DNA from: Deltaproteobacteria bacterium
GTDB lineage: Bacteria > Myxococcota_A > Bradymonadia > REDH01
Length of the DNA stretch: 43,869 nt
NCBI GenBank assembly: GCA_013205435.1
Contig: JABMMX010000165.1
Location: 1 to 43,869, forward strand
Direction of reading: 5' to 3'
The notes beneath the pieces are model-generated. The model was not told the origin of the DNA, did not search any database, and saw only the letters and a program-made list of their open reading frames with translations. This document shows, one piece after another, positions 24,701 to 31,948 of the stretch; position 1 is the stretch's first letter; each line of letters starts with the position of its first letter. The position numbers and the translations under genes are program-made.

Positions 24701-25905
24701 TTCGACACCGCCTGCACCACCTCTGCGAGCGCATCGACTGCGGCCAACCGCTCGCCGTCTGCGACACCCTTCCGCACAAAGTCGACGAGCGACCGATCGG
24801 CATCGCCGCGCCAGGCGAGGTAGCTCGCTGCAACGGTGTCGAGCGCCTCGAGCGGCGGCCGCGTAGGCTGCCTCATCGCAGCCTCCCAGGCCGGCCAGGC
24901 GGCCTGCACCGCGGCATGCTCCGCAGCCCGCTTGCTGTGACGAGCCGCCGCTTCGCCACCGGCCTGCGCAGCAGCCTCGTGCGACAGACGCGAGGCCTGG
25001 AGCTTGGAGGCCACCTTCCCGAGCCGCTTCACCCGCTCTGCGACGCCCGCGCGAAGCTGCTGCAGCGCGGCCTCGTAGAGCGCTCGCTCCAGGGCATCTT
25101 TGGCGGTTGGGATCCGCACCCGCTCATACCAGGCGATGAGCGCCCAGAGGTTGCCGGTGAAGTCGCGCGTCGCCTCGAACTTGGGCATCAGCGCGCCGTA
25201 GCGGACGGCATCGAAGGGCTCGTCGATGACGGTCGTCACCTCGCCGTAAAGCCGGTCTTCGGGCACGTCGCGGCGCACCGCAGAGCCGGCCGTCAGCACC
25301 GCGCCGAAGCCCACCCGCACGGGGCTCACCACCTGGGTCTGGCCGCCAACGAAGATGGGCCGCTCGCGCAGGAAGACGCCCCTCGCAACGCCACCGAAGA
25401 GGCTCGCATACTTATCGCCCCATGGCGTGAAATTGTAGAGCGCCAGCGTGCTGCCGATCTCGCTGTGGTCGCTCCGGCTCGTGCCGCCGGAGACCAGCGC
25501 GTCGCAGAAATTGATGAGGCTGCCCGCCACCACATAGGGCAGGAAGACGGTCATTTTGTAGCCAACATGATGGGCCGCTTCGCAGCCCTCCTCGAGCAGC
25601 GTTCCGCCCCGCACCTCGGCGTGGCCGCGCATGGTCACATCGGCGAGGAAGACCGCATCCTCAAAGTAGCCGCCGTAGAGGTCGCACCGCTCGCCGCAGC
25701 GCACATTCTCAAAGAAGCCACCGCCAGCGCGGCCCAGACGCGTGCCGGCCCGCAGCAGCGTCTCGGCGCCGCGAACGACGCAGCCGGGGTAGAGCACCAC
25801 GCCCGCCTCGATGCGCGACACATCCACCTCTTCGACCACCACCGACGACGGCGCGGGGATCTCCACCCCCTTGGCCAACAGCTCTTCTACAAGCGACTTC
25901 GACAC
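24697..25905 (-). CDS. Left-handed beta-helix (hexapeptide-repeat, GlmU-C-terminal-like) protein with C-terminal helical domain
   Basis: The repetitive beta-helix-like stretch is 'VVLYPGCVVRGAETLLRAGTRLGRAGGGFFENVRCGERCDLYGGYFEDAVFLADVTMRGHAEVRGGTLLEEG', followed by 'SGGTSRSDHSEIGSTLALYNFTPWGDKYASLFGG'. The preferred start is GTG 25905, preceded by AGAGGAGAA. The alternative is ATG 25935. Confidence 0.6.
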   Translation of the reverse strand: MSKSLVEELLAKGVEIPAPSSVVVEEVDVSRIEAGVVLYPGCVVRGAETLLRAGTRLGRAGGGFFENVRCGERCDLYGGYFEDAVFLADVTMRGHAEVRGGTLLEEGCEAAHHVGYKMTVFLPYVVAGSLINFCDALVSGGTSRSDHSEIGSTLALYNFTPWGDKYASLFGGVARGVFLRERPIFVGGQTQVVSPVRVGFGAVLTAGSAVRRDVPEDRLYGEVTTVIDEPFDAVRYGALMPKFEATRDFTGNLWALIAWYERVRIPTAKDALERALYEAALQQLRAGVAERVKRLGKVASKLQASRLSHEAAAQAGGEAAARHSKRAAEHAAVQAAWPAWEAAMRQPTRPPLEALDTVAASYLAWRGDADRSLVDFVRKGVADGERLAAVDALAEVVQAVSK

Positions 25906-26114
25906 GGCATCTTCTCCTCTGCGTTCGGCCCGCATCGTGGTGACTTGCAGGCCGTCGTGCAACCTTCCTGCACCATAGGCAGCGCCTCGCCCGTTGACAC
26001 AGCAGCACCCTCCCCGCGAAGAGGCGAACGCCAACGCTGGAGCCCTGCCTGTTCCCCCACCTCCCAACCCTCCGCATCATCCTCCGCGCGCTCTTCTCGC
26101 GCCGCTGGTTTGGA

Positions 26115-27218
26115 GTGCGACGGCTCGCCGGCATCTCGCTGCTTGTGGCCTACTACCTCTTCGTCATCACGCAGAACTGGCTCTTCGACGCGCTCGACGC
26201 GCTCTTCTTTCCACGCGCCGCCAGCACGCCCACGCCGGCCCCCGTCATCGTGATTGCGGTGCCTCGCAGCGGCACCACCTTTCTCCATGGACTGATGGCG
26301 CAGGACCGCGCCCGCTTCCGCTTTCTAACCATGTTCGACAGCATGTTCCCCGCGGTCAGCAGCCGGAAGATCTACGACGCCTTTGCCGCGCTCGACCGTC
26401 TCATCGGCGCCCCCGTCGCACGCCTCGTCGGCGCCATCGAACGGGCCGCCTTCGCAGGCTGGGACGGCATCCACGCCACCGGCCTCATGCGCCCAGAAGA
26501 GGACGAGTGCCTCTGGTGCTTCCCCATGCTCACGCCTGCCATGTGGCTCGCCTTCCCCTTCACCGAAGAGCTCCGCCACCTCCGCTACATCGACCTCATG
26601 CCGGCCCCCGTCCGCGCCACGCTCACCGCCTTCCTCCGGCGCTACATGAGCAAGCAGGCCGCGCTCGACCCTGCACGCCGCACCCTGCTGCTCAAGAATG
26701 TGCTGCTCGCCGGCCGCATCGAGACCGTGGCGGCCGCCTTCCCCGACGCCCGCTTCATCTACCTCGTACGGAGCCCGCACGAGACCATCGCCTCGGGCGT
26801 CAGCATGTTCTCACGACCGTGGCGGCTCCACTCCCCCGACCTCGCCTACAACCCCGCTGCCACCCGCGCCTGGGCCGACCTGCTCATGGACTACAGCGAC
26901 AGCTACGACGCCTTCGTCGACGGGCTGCCAACAGAGCGACGCTTTGTGCTCGACTACCAGCGGCTCGTTGCAAAGCCGAGCGAGGCGGTGGCTGCCATCT
27001 ACAGCCACTTCGGCTGGGAGATCGAAGCAGACTTCCGCGAGGCCCTCACAGCATCCGACAGCCGGCAGGCACGCTTCGCCAGCAGCCACAGCTACAGCCT
27101 CGAGGCCTGCGGGCTCACCAACCAGGCAGTGGACCAACGCATGGCCCGCTTCATGACCCGCCACGGCTTTGCGCCCACTGCAAATCAGAGCGCGTCGGCC
27201 GAAGAGCGGATCGGCTAA
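26115..27218 (+). CDS. Sulfotransferase-family protein with N-terminal hydrophobic segment
   Basis: The PAPS 5'-phosphosulfate-binding loop 'VPRSGTTFLHGLM' and a 3'-phosphate motif region 'IYLVRSPHETIASGVS' are present. The N-terminal 'GISLLVAYYLFVITQNWLF' is hydrophobic. The start is GTG. Confidence 0.75.
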   Translation: MRRLAGISLLVAYYLFVITQNWLFDALDALFFPRAASTPTPAPVIVIAVPRSGTTFLHGLMAQDRARFRFLTMFDSMFPAVSSRKIYDAFAALDRLIGAPVARLVGAIERAAFAGWDGIHATGLMRPEEDECLWCFPMLTPAMWLAFPFTEELRHLRYIDLMPAPVRATLTAFLRRYMSKQAALDPARRTLLLKNVLLAGRIETVAAAFPDARFIYLVRSPHETIASGVSMFSRPWRLHSPDLAYNPAATRAWADLLMDYSDSYDAFVDGLPTERRFVLDYQRLVAKPSEAVAAIYSHFGWEIEADFREALTASDSRQARFASSHSYSLEACGLTNQAVDQRMARFMTRHGFAPTANQSASAEERIG

Positions 27219-27853
27219 CGGTCGCCGAAGTTCTGCGTCCAGTAGTGCGTATATTCGGAGCCCGGCACGCTCGCGTAGCCGATGCCGATGACGCCGAAGT
27301 CTGGGTCCATGATGTTGCGGCAGTGGCCGTCGCTCGCGAGCCAGCCCGCCACCACCTCTGCGCCCGTCGAGTAGCCCGCTGCGATGTTCTCGCCCATCGC
27401 GCCGCCGTTGTAGCCCGCCGCCTCCATGCGCTGGAAGGGGTCGAGCCCGTCGGGGTCGGTGTGGTCGAAGAAGTTCCGGTTGCCCATGTCCTTGCTCAGG
27501 GCCCGCGCTGTGCCAACGAGGATGGGGTTGAGACTGAGCGCCGGCGCTGGCCCGAAGACACCCTCTGAGTCACAATTCGCGCCTCGCGCACGCGCCGCAT
27601 TCACCCCGGCAAGGACGTCGGCCTCGAGCCGCGTCCAGGAGGCCGGCCAGCTGTCTGCTACACCCGTGTCGGCGCTGCCCGTGTCCGTGCTGCCCGTGTC
27701 CGTGCTGCCCGTGTCGCTACCGCCCGAGCTCGAACCGCCCGAAGAGCCGCCCGAAGACCGGCCCGTGTTCCGCTCCGGGATCTCGCTCCCGCAGCCCGTC
27801 AGACCCGTCACAAACAGCAGAGCCAGCACTCGATAGGAAATCGCTCGCATCAT
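27215..27853 (-). CDS. CAP/SCP/PR-1-like (YkwD-type) lipoprotein
   Basis: GAGGTGAG precedes the ATG ATG start. The lipobox is 'LTGC', followed by a Ser/Gly and 'DTGST' linker. The CAP domain shows 'LAGVNAARA', 'LSKDMGNRNFFDHTDPDG', 'GENIAAGYSTGAEVVAGWLASDGHCRNIM' and 'YWTQNFG'. Confidence 0.85.
   Translation of the reverse strand: MMRAISYRVLALLFVTGLTGCGSEIPERNTGRSSGGSSGGSSSGGSDTGSTDTGSTDTGSADTGVADSWPASWTRLEADVLAGVNAARARGANCDSEGVFGPAPALSLNPILVGTARALSKDMGNRNFFDHTDPDGLDPFQRMEAAGYNGGAMGENIAAGYSTGAEVVAGWLASDGHCRNIMDPDFGVIGIGYASVPGSEYTHYWTQNFGDR
27650..27718 (-). repeat. In-frame short tandem repeat (15-nt unit, about 3-4 copies) encoding (S/A)(T)DTG units in the CAP lipoprotein linker
   Basis: The plus strand reads gctgcccgtgtccgt / gctgcccgtgtccgt / gctgcccgtgtcgct consecutively (about 27674-27718), with a degenerate copy before. 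The protein reads 'GSDTGSTDTGSTDTGSADTGVADS'. Confidence 0.85.
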
Positions 27854-27985
27854 CTCACCTCGACGGAACCAACAGGTGCCTCCCAGTGTACCCTGTGTTA
27901 TAGAACCGCGCCGCCCGATTGGAAAGGTGCGCCGCGTCACAGCCGCTGCTAACGCCCGCACCACCACTGCAAGCGAGCCACCGCC

Positions 27986-28912
27986 ATGTCTTCTCCGTCG
28001 CTCTTCGACCGCGCCACCGACCACATGATCGCCCTGCAGGAGAGCATCCTCTCGTCGCTCGAGACCCTCGAAGGCGGGCCCGCCTTCCGGCACGACGACT
28101 GGCAGCGCGAAGAGCAGGAAGAGAGCGGAAACCCCGCCGCCCCCATCCTCCGCGGCTGGGGTCGCACCCGCGTCATCGAGAACGGCCGCTTCTTTGAGCG
28201 GGGCGGCGTCAACCTCTCGGTCGTCGAGGGCCGCTTCGGCAGCGTCGCACCAACCCATATGCCGGGCGACGGCCGCCACTTCCGAGCCGTCGGCGTCTCA
28301 CTCGTGCTCCACCCCCACAACCCCTTCGCCCCCACCGTCCACATGAACTACCGGCGCATGGAGCGGGGCAGCACGGGCTGGTTTGGCGGCGGCGCAGACC
28401 TCACCCCCAACTACCTCTTCGAAGAAGACGCCCGTCACTTCCACACCACCCTCAAGGCGGTCTGCGACGCCCACCCCGCGGTCGCCAACCACACCGCCAT
28501 GAAGGAGGAGTGCGACCGCTACTTCACCATCCCACACCGCGGCGAAATGCGCGGCGTGGGCGGCATCTTCTTCGACCACATGATGACCCAGCCCGAGGAG
28601 AGCTTCGCCTTCCTCCGCGACGCCAGCCAGGCCTTCATCCCCGCCTACCTCCCCCTCGCGGAGCGGCGCGGCGGCACCCCCTTCGAGCCCCACCACCGCC
28701 AGTGGCAGCTCCTCCGCCGCGGCCGCTACGTGGAGTTCAACCTCGTCAACGACCGCGGCACCCAGTTCGGCCTCCGCACCGGCGGCCGCATCGAGTCCAT
28801 CCTCATGTCGATGCCCGCCACCGCCTCCTGGGCCTATGACCACCACCCCGCACCGGGCTCCGACGAGGCCCGCATGGTGGCAGCCCTTCAGCCCCGCGAC
28901 TGGACGATCTGA
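27986..28912 (+). CDS. hemF: Oxygen-dependent coproporphyrinogen III oxidase
   Basis: HemF signatures are 'FERGGVNLSVV', 'GVSLVLHPHNPFAPTVHMNYR', 'WFGGGADLTPNY', 'GGIFFDH', 'YVEFNLVNDRGTQFGL' and 'IESILMSMP'. Confidence 0.92.
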   Translation: MSSPSLFDRATDHMIALQESILSSLETLEGGPAFRHDDWQREEQEESGNPAAPILRGWGRTRVIENGRFFERGGVNLSVVEGRFGSVAPTHMPGDGRHFRAVGVSLVLHPHNPFAPTVHMNYRRMERGSTGWFGGGADLTPNYLFEEDARHFHTTLKAVCDAHPAVANHTAMKEECDRYFTIPHRGEMRGVGGIFFDHMMTQPEESFAFLRDASQAFIPAYLPLAERRGGTPFEPHHRQWQLLRRGRYVEFNLVNDRGTQFGLRTGGRIESILMSMPATASWAYDHHPAPGSDEARMVAALQPRDWTI

Positions 28913-28988
28913 CCTGCGTTTCGCCTGAGCCAAAAACGGCGCGAGGGCCGGAAGCCCGACCCTCGCCTTCGCGCGCTTGCGAACCAGC

Positions 28989-31913
28989 CTAAGCCAGCTC
29001 GGCCTCGCCGTTCGTGATGACCTTCTCGCCACGCTGGTTCACCGACTCGATCTCGATGATGCGGCGACCGTTGGCCTCGCTCTTGAGCCAGCCACGGGTC
29101 GTGATCTCGTCGCCCGGAAGCACCGGCTTGGAGAAGCGCACCTTGAGCCGCTTGAGGTTGGCGGACTCGCCAGCAAGCAGGTTGTCGATGACGCCCCGCT
29201 GCACGAAGGCCATGGTCAGAAGGCCGTGGCCGATGACCGAGGGGAAGCCCACCGCCTTGGCGATGCTCTCGTCGGTGTGGATGGGGTTGTCGTCGCGCGA
29301 GGCGGCGGCGTAATCTACCGTCTGGCCGGGCTCGAGCGTGGCCGTCGCCGTGAAGAGCGGCGTGCCGCGCTCCGGCTCTGCCACCGGCTCGCTGCTGCCA
29401 CCCGACTTGTTGCCACGGATGAAGTAGCGGCTCACGATCTCCACGGCAGGAGCACCGTCGACGAAGATGGTCTGGCCAAGCTCGATGACCTTGCCCGAAG
29501 CCTTCTCCTCCACCTTCAGGAGCTTGCCGCGCGGGGTCATGAGATCCCACGGACGGAGCACCTGGTTGAAGGTCATCTCCTGCTCGCCATGCACGAGCCG
29601 GCCGAGGTCGAGGTCGAGGCTCCGATCCATGACCGCACCCTGCGCCATCTTGTGCACCGCGCGTACCGCAAATAGGGGCGGCGCAATCTGGTCGGCCCCT
29701 TCAGCATAGCGCGGGTTGCTGTCGCGCGTGGCCTTGGCATAGGCCTCGATGTCTGCGGCACGCGCAAACTCTGCGGGTTCGCGGTAGCGCAGGCCGACGG
29801 GCGAGCGGGGCGCAGCAGGTGCAGCAGCCGGAGCAGCAGCGGGCGCAGCAGCCGGAGCCGCGATGCGCGCCGCAATCTCCTTCGCCCCCTTCGTCATGTC
29901 GAACGAGGTCGCGTAGCGCATCAGGTCGCCCATGTTGGAGGCCTTGATCTTGCCAGCCATGAAGGCCTTCTCCGCCTTCTCCTTCCCCATCACGATGTCG
30001 ATGAAGGTGTCGCCCGTCGCGAAGTTGATGACACAGGTCGGCGTACCCACCTTGCCCTTCGACGACTTCACGGAGCCGCCCGCAATCTCCACCGAGTATT
30101 CGCCAATCCCCTTGATGTCGAAGAGCAGGTTGGCCGTCCAGCCAGCACCCTTCTCCGGCAAGAAGGCCTCCGCCATCCGCGAGAAGACCTCATCGGTCAC
30201 CGAACTCGCGCTCGGTGCCGCAGCGGCAGGCGCAGCGGCGGCCGGAGCCGCAGCGGGAGCCGCCGCAGCCGTCAGACGGCCCGCAATCTCCTTCGCCCCC
30301 TTCGTCATGTCGAACGAGGTCGCGTAGCGCATCAAGTCCGCCATGTTCGACGCCTTGATCTTGCCCGCCATGAAGGCCTTCTCCGCCTTCTCCTTGCCCA
30401 TCACGATGTCGATGAAGGTGTCGCCCGTTGCGAAGTTGATGACACAGGTCGGCTCGCCAACCTTGCCCTTCGCCGTCGTCACCGAGCCGCCCGAAATCGC
30501 CACCGAGTATTCGCCAATCCCCTTGATGTCGAAGAGCAGGTTGGCCGTCCAGCCAGCACCCTTCTCAGGCAAGAAGGCCTCCGCCATGCGCGAGAAGACC
30601 TCGTCCGTCACCGAACTCGCGCTCGGTGCCGCAGCGGCTGCAGCAACAGGCGCAGCGGCGGCCGGAGCCGCGGCAGCCGTCAGACGGCCCGCAATCTCCT
30701 TCGCCCCCTTCGTCATGTCGAACGAGGTGGCGTAGCGCATCAGGTCCGCCATGTTGGAGGCCTTGATCTTGCCCGCCATAAAGGCCTTCTCCGCCTTCTC
30801 CTTCCCCATCACGATGTCGATGAAGGTGTCGCCCGACGCGAAGTTGATCACGCAGGTCGGCTCGCCAACCTTGCCCTTCGCCGTCGTCACAGAGCCGCCC
30901 GAAATCGCGACCGAGTATTCGCCAATCCCCTTGATGTCGAAGAGCAGGTTGGCCGACCAGCCAGCACCCTTCTCCGGCAAGAAGGCCTCCGCCATGCGGG
31001 AGAAGACCTCGTCGGTCACCTGCTGCGGCGTCACCGGCGCAGCAGCCGCGGGAGCCGCAGCCGGCGCAGCAGCCGCACCCACCGAGAGCGCCTCAATCTC
31101 AGGCAGCCGGCGCGCAATCTCCTGCGCTGTCCAGTGGCCATCATCACGCTGCGCGCCGGGCGTCAGCAGCATCTTGTACTCGATGATCTCCGCGCCATGG
31201 CAGCCGAAGGTCCGGCCCGTCACCTCAGCAGCGAGGTCGCTCGCCAGGAAGACCACCATCGGCGAGACATACTCCGGCTTCTGGTCGTCGGCGACGATGT
31301 CGATGTCCTCGGTCATCCGCGTCTTGGCGATGGGCGCGATGCAGTTGGCGCGAACGCCCGACCGACCGATCTCCATGGCGAGCACGTTGGTGAACGACCA
31401 GATGCCCGCCTTCGCAGCCGCATAGTTCGACTGACCGTAGTTGCCCTTGAGGCCGGCAATCGAGGTCGTGTTGATGATGCTGCCGTTTCCGCTCTCCATG
31501 AGCGCAGGCAGGCAGGCGCGGGTCACCAGCATCGTGCCGGTGAGGTGCACCGCGATGACCGCGTCCCACTGCTCCTGCGTCATCTTCACAAAGGTCTTGT
31601 CGCGCAGGATGCCCGCGTTGTTGACCAGAATGTCGATGCGTCCGAAGGCATCGAGCGCGCTCTTGGCGATGCCCGCCGCGCCCTCTTGCATCGCCACATT
31701 GTTGAAGTCGGCCACGGCCTTGCCGCCCGCCGCACGGATCTCCTCCGCCACCATCTCAGCCGCAGCCGAGCTCGTGCCCACGCCATCACGCGTGCCGCCA
31801 AGGTCGTTGATGACCAGCAGGGCGCCTTCGCGCGCAAGCTGCAGCGCGTGGCTCCGACCGAGGCCGCCGCCGGCACCCGTTACGATCGCTACCTTTCCAT
31901 CCAGCAATCCCAT
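28989..31913 (-). CDS. Multifunctional enzyme type-2-like fusion: SDR (3R-hydroxyacyl-CoA dehydrogenase-like) + three SCP2 domains + double hot-dog hydratase-2 (MaoC)
   Basis: The start is ATG 31913 (GGAGAGAGAAC upstream); the track ORF's 82-aa N-terminal extension is rejected. The SDR part is colinear with the human HSD17B4 N-terminal domain ('VTGAGGGLGRSHAL', 'VINDLGG', 'ILVNNAGILRDKTF', 'YGQSNYAAAKAG', 'IAPIAKTRMT'). Three SCP2 units follow ('GWxANLLFDIKGIGEYSV..FMAGKIKASNM'). The hydratase part shows 'LVHGEQEMTF' and 'SRDDNPIHTDESIAKAVGFPSVIGHG'. Confidence 0.9.
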   Translation of the reverse strand: MGLLDGKVAIVTGAGGGLGRSHALQLAREGALLVINDLGGTRDGVGTSSAAAEMVAEEIRAAGGKAVADFNNVAMQEGAAGIAKSALDAFGRIDILVNNAGILRDKTFVKMTQEQWDAVIAVHLTGTMLVTRACLPALMESGNGSIINTTSIAGLKGNYGQSNYAAAKAGIWSFTNVLAMEIGRSGVRANCIAPIAKTRMTEDIDIVADDQKPEYVSPMVVFLASDLAAEVTGRTFGCHGAEIIEYKMLLTPGAQRDDGHWTAQEIARRLPEIEALSVGAAAAPAAAPAAAAPVTPQQVTDEVFSRMAEAFLPEKGAGWSANLLFDIKGIGEYSVAISGGSVTTAKGKVGEPTCVINFASGDTFIDIVMGKEKAEKAFMAGKIKASNMADLMRYATSFDMTKGAKEIAGRLTAAAAPAAAAPVAAAAAAPSASSVTDEVFSRMAEAFLPEKGAGWTANLLFDIKGIGEYSVAISGGSVTTAKGKVGEPTCVINFATGDTFIDIVMGKEKAEKAFMAGKIKASNMADLMRYATSFDMTKGAKEIAGRLTAAAAPAAAPAAAAPAAAAPSASSVTDEVFSRMAEAFLPEKGAGWTANLLFDIKGIGEYSVEIAGGSVKSSKGKVGTPTCVINFATGDTFIDIVMGKEKAEKAFMAGKIKASNMGDLMRYATSFDMTKGAKEIAARIAAPAAAPAAAPAAAPAAPRSPVGLRYREPAEFARAADIEAYAKATRDSNPRYAEGADQIAPPLFAVRAVHKMAQGAVMDRSLDLDLGRLVHGEQEMTFNQVLRPWDLMTPRGKLLKVEEKASGKVIELGQTIFVDGAPAVEIVSRYFIRGNKSGGSSEPVAEPERGTPLFTATATLEPGQTVDYAAASRDDNPIHTDESIAKAVGFPSVIGHGLLTMAFVQRGVIDNLLAGESANLKRLKVRFSKPVLPGDEITTRGWLKSEANGRRIIEIESVNQRGEKVITNGEAELA
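29862..31019 (-). repeat. Tandem triplication (periods 408 and 411 nt) encoding three near-identical SCP2 domains with Ala/Pro-rich linkers
   Basis: Plus-strand shadow ORFs beginning 'MLEALILPAMKAFSAF', 'MFDALILPAMKAFSAF' and 'MLEALILPAIKAFSAF' start at 29932, 30343 and 30751. On the coding strand, 'VTDEVFSRMAEAFLPEKGAGW' recurs at residues 299, 435 and 572. Units 1 and 2 differ at only 2 residues across the ~112-aa core (S/T at 'GWxANLL' and 'NFAxGD'). Confidence 0.95.
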
Positions 31914-31948
31914 GTTCTCTCTCCGAAGTTCTGTGTGTGTGTTGAAGG

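Noticed and set aside
25994-26022. A perfect -35-like TTGACA in the divergent region upstream of the sulfotransferase.
   Set aside because: The hexamer 17 nt downstream is 'CGAAGA', which is not -10-like. Promoter consensus in Myxococcota-like genomes is poorly matched by E. coli rules, so there is no support beyond a single hexamer.
28941-28966. A GC-rich hairpin (GCGAGGG ... CCCTCGC, 7-bp stem, 12-nt loop) between the convergent hemF and MFE-2-like genes, considered as a bidirectional intrinsic terminator.
   Set aside because: The stem is short, the loop is large, and there is no U/T tract on either side. A stem of this kind is expected by chance at this G+C content, so I did not call it as a feature.
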